Part shown: positions 60,291 through 64,000 of the stretch, in pieces
How positions within the stretch are numbered: the stretch's first letter is position 1
Layout: every line of letters begins with the position of its first letter
From: Macrostomum lignano
Lineage: Eukaryota
Length of the DNA stretch: 64,000 bases
Assembly (NCBI GenBank): GCA_002269645.1
Contig: NIVC01000758.1
Coordinates: forward strand, 384,993-448,992
Direction: 5' to 3'
Program-made: the position numbers and the translations under genes
Notes under the pieces: model-generated
Databases searched by the model: none
The model's input: the letters and a program-made list of their open reading frames with translations, nothing else
What the model was told of the DNA's origin: nothing

Positions 60291-60345
60291 TCCCCAGACT
60301 CCGGCCGCCCTCCAGTTCCAGCCGAGAGCCGCTGTCCAGCTCAGC

Positions 60346-60830
60346 ATGCAGCACCTGTCGCCGCCCCTGCCTTCGTCGCCCAGCGGCCCCTCCAACCCCG
60401 CCGCCGGATCGTGTTCGACAGCCGCCGCTCCGACCGCGCCGCGACGTCAGCCGGCATCGCCGAGCAGTTCAAAGCGGACTTGACGGCGATGGAGGCCGCG
60501 GATTCCGCTGCGATCGCCGCCGCCTACGGGCCGCTGCAGCCGGCCGCCGTCGAGCTGCCGACTTTCTACAGCAGCAGCGGCTGCGCCGGCGCAGTCAAGG
60601 TGCACCAAAACCCACCAGAGGCGCAGCAGGCGCTCGTTCGGCAGCCGATGTTGCAGCTGAGCATCACGGAGACATTCCGGCTTCTCCGCAGGAAGCGACC
60701 CGTCGGCGCGGCCGCGGAGCAATGCGAGAAACGCCGCCGGCAGCCGTTGCCGTCGTCGATGCCGCCAACGAAAAAATTGCCGTCGCTGCGGAAGTCCAAG
60801 ACCTCTGGAGCGAAGGCGGCGGGCGTTTGA
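60346..60830 (+). CDS. Candidate CIP/KIP-type CDK inhibitor, ~161 aa; needs +1 C at 60396-60399 or an upstream exon
   Basis: Motifs in order: RRRIVFD (cyclin-binding-like), helical FKADLTAMEAAD, LPTFY (cf. p27 LPEFY), QLSITETFRLLRRKR (PIP-degron-like), basic NLS-like tail. The KWNFDF motif is not conserved. Confidence 0.5.
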
Positions 60831-60939
60831 AGGCTTTTGGTAGTTGCGGATTCCCTGGCCTTTGGCGCCGCCGTCCTGCTGTCGCTTGTTGGATCTGCGG
60901 TCACGACTTGCTTGGGCCATTCTAAACACTCTAGCTCAT

Positions 60940-61915
60940 CCCGCCTCTCACTCCCGCCTCTCACTCCCGCCTCTCACTCCCGCCTCACTCCCGCCTCTCA
61001 CTCCCGCCTCTCACTCCCGCCTCACTCCCGCCTCTCACTCCCGCCTCTCACTCCCGCCTCTCACTCCCGCCTCTCACTCCCGCCTGTCACTCCGGCCTCT
61101 CACTCCCGCCTCTCACTCCGCCTGTCACTCCCGCCTCTCACTCCCGCCTGTCACTCCCGCCTCTCACTCCCGCCTGTCACTCCGGCCTCACTCCCGCCTC
61201 TCACTCCCGCCTGTCACTCCGGCCTCACTCCCGCCTCTCACTCACGCCTCACTCCCGCCTCTCACTCCCGCCTCTCACTCCCGCCTCTCACTCCCGCCTC
61301 ACTCCCGCCTCTCACTCCCGCCTCTCAATCCCGCCTCTCATCCCGCCTCTCACTCCCGCCTCTCACTCCCGCCTCACTCCCGCCTCTCAATCCCGCCTCT
61401 CAATCCCGCCTCTCACTCCCGCCTCTCACTCCCGCCTCTCACTCCCGCCTCGCTCCCGCCTCTCACTCCCGCCTCTCACTCCCGCCTCTCACTCCCGCCT
61501 GTCACTCCGGCCTCTCACTCCCGCCTGTCACTCCGGCCTCTCACTCCCGCCTCTCACTCCCGCCTCTCACTCCCGCCTCTCACTCACGCCTCACTCCCGC
61601 CTCTCACTCCCGCCTCTCACTCACGCCTCTCACTCCCGCCTCACTCCCGCCTCTCACTCACGCCTCACTCCCGCCTCTCACTCCCGCCTCTCACTCCCGC
61701 CTGTCACTCCGGCCTCTCACTCCCGCCTGTCACTCCGGCCTCTCACTCCCGCCTCTCACTCCCGCCTGTCACTCCCGCCTCTCACTCCCGCCTGTCACTC
61801 CCGCCTCTCACTCCCGCCTGTCACTCCGGCCTCACTCCCGCCTCTCACTCCCGCCTGTCACTCCGGCCTCACTCCCGCCTGTCACTCCGGCTCTCACTCC
61901 CGCCTGTCACCCCTG
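60940..61915 (+). repeat. 13/15-bp C-rich minisatellite (CTCACTCCCGCCT[CT])
   Basis: Direct inspection. Confidence 0.96.
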
Positions 61916-62599
61916 CCCCTGAAAGCTTAGCTGTAGCTGTGCAGCAGTCCAGAGGCTCAGCAGACACAGGGAGTCCCATCTGCGGCCGCTTCTTCAATTT
62001 TACTGTCCCGTTTGTTTCTGTAGTTTTCTCGCTGCCTGGGCGGTGATGGCTGCTTCAAATTAAAGCTGTTAAGAGGGCGAGAGCAAGTGCTGCTTTTTTC
62101 CTATTTATTTATTTATTTATTTATTCAAGTTTACTTCAGTTCGCCATGTTTTTGCCAAGTTTTTTAAGGCTCTGTTTATATTCTATGCTTGTTTTTCATA
62201 CGTTAGCCTTTTTCTATCAGCATTGCCTAGTATTAATATCTATAGTTTATATTTTGCCTCAGGCGGGCACTCCTAGCGGCCTACAAGTTTATGGCACATT
62301 TTTTCTACATCTCGTTGCATTTGCACAGTTTTTCTGCCCCAATTTTTCCCCATTTTTTATTATGTGAAATTGAAAACAAAAACTGCCTATCCCGCCTCAG
62401 TTTTCTCCAGCGGAAGCCTGGCTTCGGCCATCTCTGTCACTTTTCTGCAGTTTATTGGCGCCCTGCTGTCAGCAAAAATTAAACACTTTATTCTGTTTCT
62501 CACCTGCTCTGCTCTTCAGTGCGTCTTTTCGACTTTAAACCTTCAGCCTCGCAGTGTCTACAGCCCCCCAGCCCGGCCATATAGCCTAGATCAATTTTA

Positions 62600-64000
62600 T
62601 TCCTGCCATGATAGGCTAGATTAGCAATCCATTCTATTCCTGCACCCATGATAGGCTAGATTAGCAATCCATTCTATTCCTGCACCCATGATAGGCTAGA
62701 TTAGCAATCCATTCTATTCCTGCATCCATGATAGGCTAGATTAGCAATCCATTCTATTCCTGCACCATGATAGGCTAGATTAGCAATCCATTCTATTCCT
62801 GCATCCATGATAGGCTAGATTAGCAATCCATTCTATTCCTGCACCATGATAGGCTAGATTAGCAATCCATTCTATTCCTGCACCCATGATAGGCTAGATT
62901 AGCAATCCATTCTATTCCTGCACCATGATAGGCTAGATTAGCAATCCATTCTATTCCTGCACCCATGATAGGCTAGATTAGCAATCCATTCTATTCCTGC
63001 ATCCATGATAGGCTAGATTAGCAATCCATTCTATTCCTGCACCATGATAGGCTAGATTAGCAATCCATTCTATTCCTGCACCCATGATAGGCTAGATTAG
63101 CAATCCATTCTATTCCTGCATCCATGATAGGCTAGATTAGCAATCCATTCTATTCCTGCACCCATGATAGGCTAGATTAGCAATCCATTCTATTCCTGCA
63201 CCATGATAGGCTAGATTAGCAATCCATTCTATTCCTGCACCATGATAGGCTAGATTAGCAATCCATTCTATTCCTGCACCCATGATAGGCTAGATTAGCA
63301 ATCCATTCTATTCCTGCATCCATGATAGGCTAGATTAGCAATCCATTCTATTCCTGCACCATGATAGGCTAGATTAGCAATCCATTCTATTCCTGCACCA
63401 TGATAGGCTAGATTAGCAATCCATTCTATTCCTGCACCCATGATAGGCTAGATTAGCAATCCATTCTATTCCTGCCCATGATAGGCTAGATTAGCAATCC
63501 ATTCTATTCCTGCACCATGATAGGCTAGATTAGCAATCCATTCTATTCCTGCACCATGATAGGCTAGATTAGCAATCCATTCTATTCCTGCATCCATGAT
63601 AGGCTAGATTAGCAATCCATTCTATTCCTGCACCATGATAGGCTAGATTAGCAATCCATTCTATTCCTGCATCCATGATAGGCTAGATTAGCAATCCTTT
63701 CTATTCCTGCACCCATGATAGGCTAGATTAGCAATCCATTCTATTCCTGCATCCATGATAGGCTAGATTAGCAATCCTTTCTATTCCTGCACCCATGATA
63801 GGCTAGATTAGCAATCCATTCTATTCCTGCATCCATGATAGGCTAGATTAGCAATCCATTCTATTCCTGCACCCATGATAGGCTAGATTAGCAATCCATT
63901 CTATTCCTGCACCCATGATAGGCTAGATTAGCAATCCATTCTATTCCTGCATCCATGATAGGCTAGATTAGCAATCCATTCTATTCTGCATCCATGATAG
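62600..64000 (+). repeat. 40-bp minisatellite running to the window end
   Basis: Unit TGCACCCATGATAGGCTAGATTAGCAATCCATTCTATTCC, about 35 copies; 39-bp variants lack one C. Confidence 0.97.

Noticed and set aside
60837-62046. 361- and 400-aa Pro/Ser-rich ORFs
   Set aside because: Translations of the C-rich 13/15-bp array.
1-64000. rRNA or tRNA genes
   Set aside because: No recognisable conserved rRNA segments or tRNA A/B-box cloverleaf seen by eye; tRNAscan-SE and Infernal would be needed to exclude them.

Overview
Eukaryotic (metazoan) genomic DNA with GC-rich, intron-containing genes. The style suggests a free-living flatworm such as Macrostomum; that is an inference only. Spliced models were built by hand from GT-AG sites and reading phase. 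They cover an ABCD1/2-type peroxisomal transporter (+), a Ly6/uPAR GPI-anchored protein (-), an orphan ORF (+), PTPDC1 (-), a C11orf96-like protein (+), a polyQ single-pass membrane orphan (-), SMG9 (-), two tandem RUSF1/DUF647 paralogs (+) and a candidate CIP/KIP CDK inhibitor (+). Mobile elements are a young LINE whose AP endonuclease carries an in-frame ~197-aa PHD-containing insertion, a hAT MITE, three copies of a TA-flanked MITE, a decayed RNase H LINE, a 1.85-kb Gag-integrase mini LTR element, and a full-length but inactivated PIF/Harbinger transposon. About 29 different tandem arrays fill most of the long introns and many intergenic gaps. Their unit lengths cluster near 21, 31 and 41 bp, and three arrays are amplified exon/intron junctions, including about 74 copies of one splice donor. 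Four genes need a single extra base, most plausibly in a short G/C run, probably long-read assembly error. No rRNA, tRNA or CRISPR array was seen.
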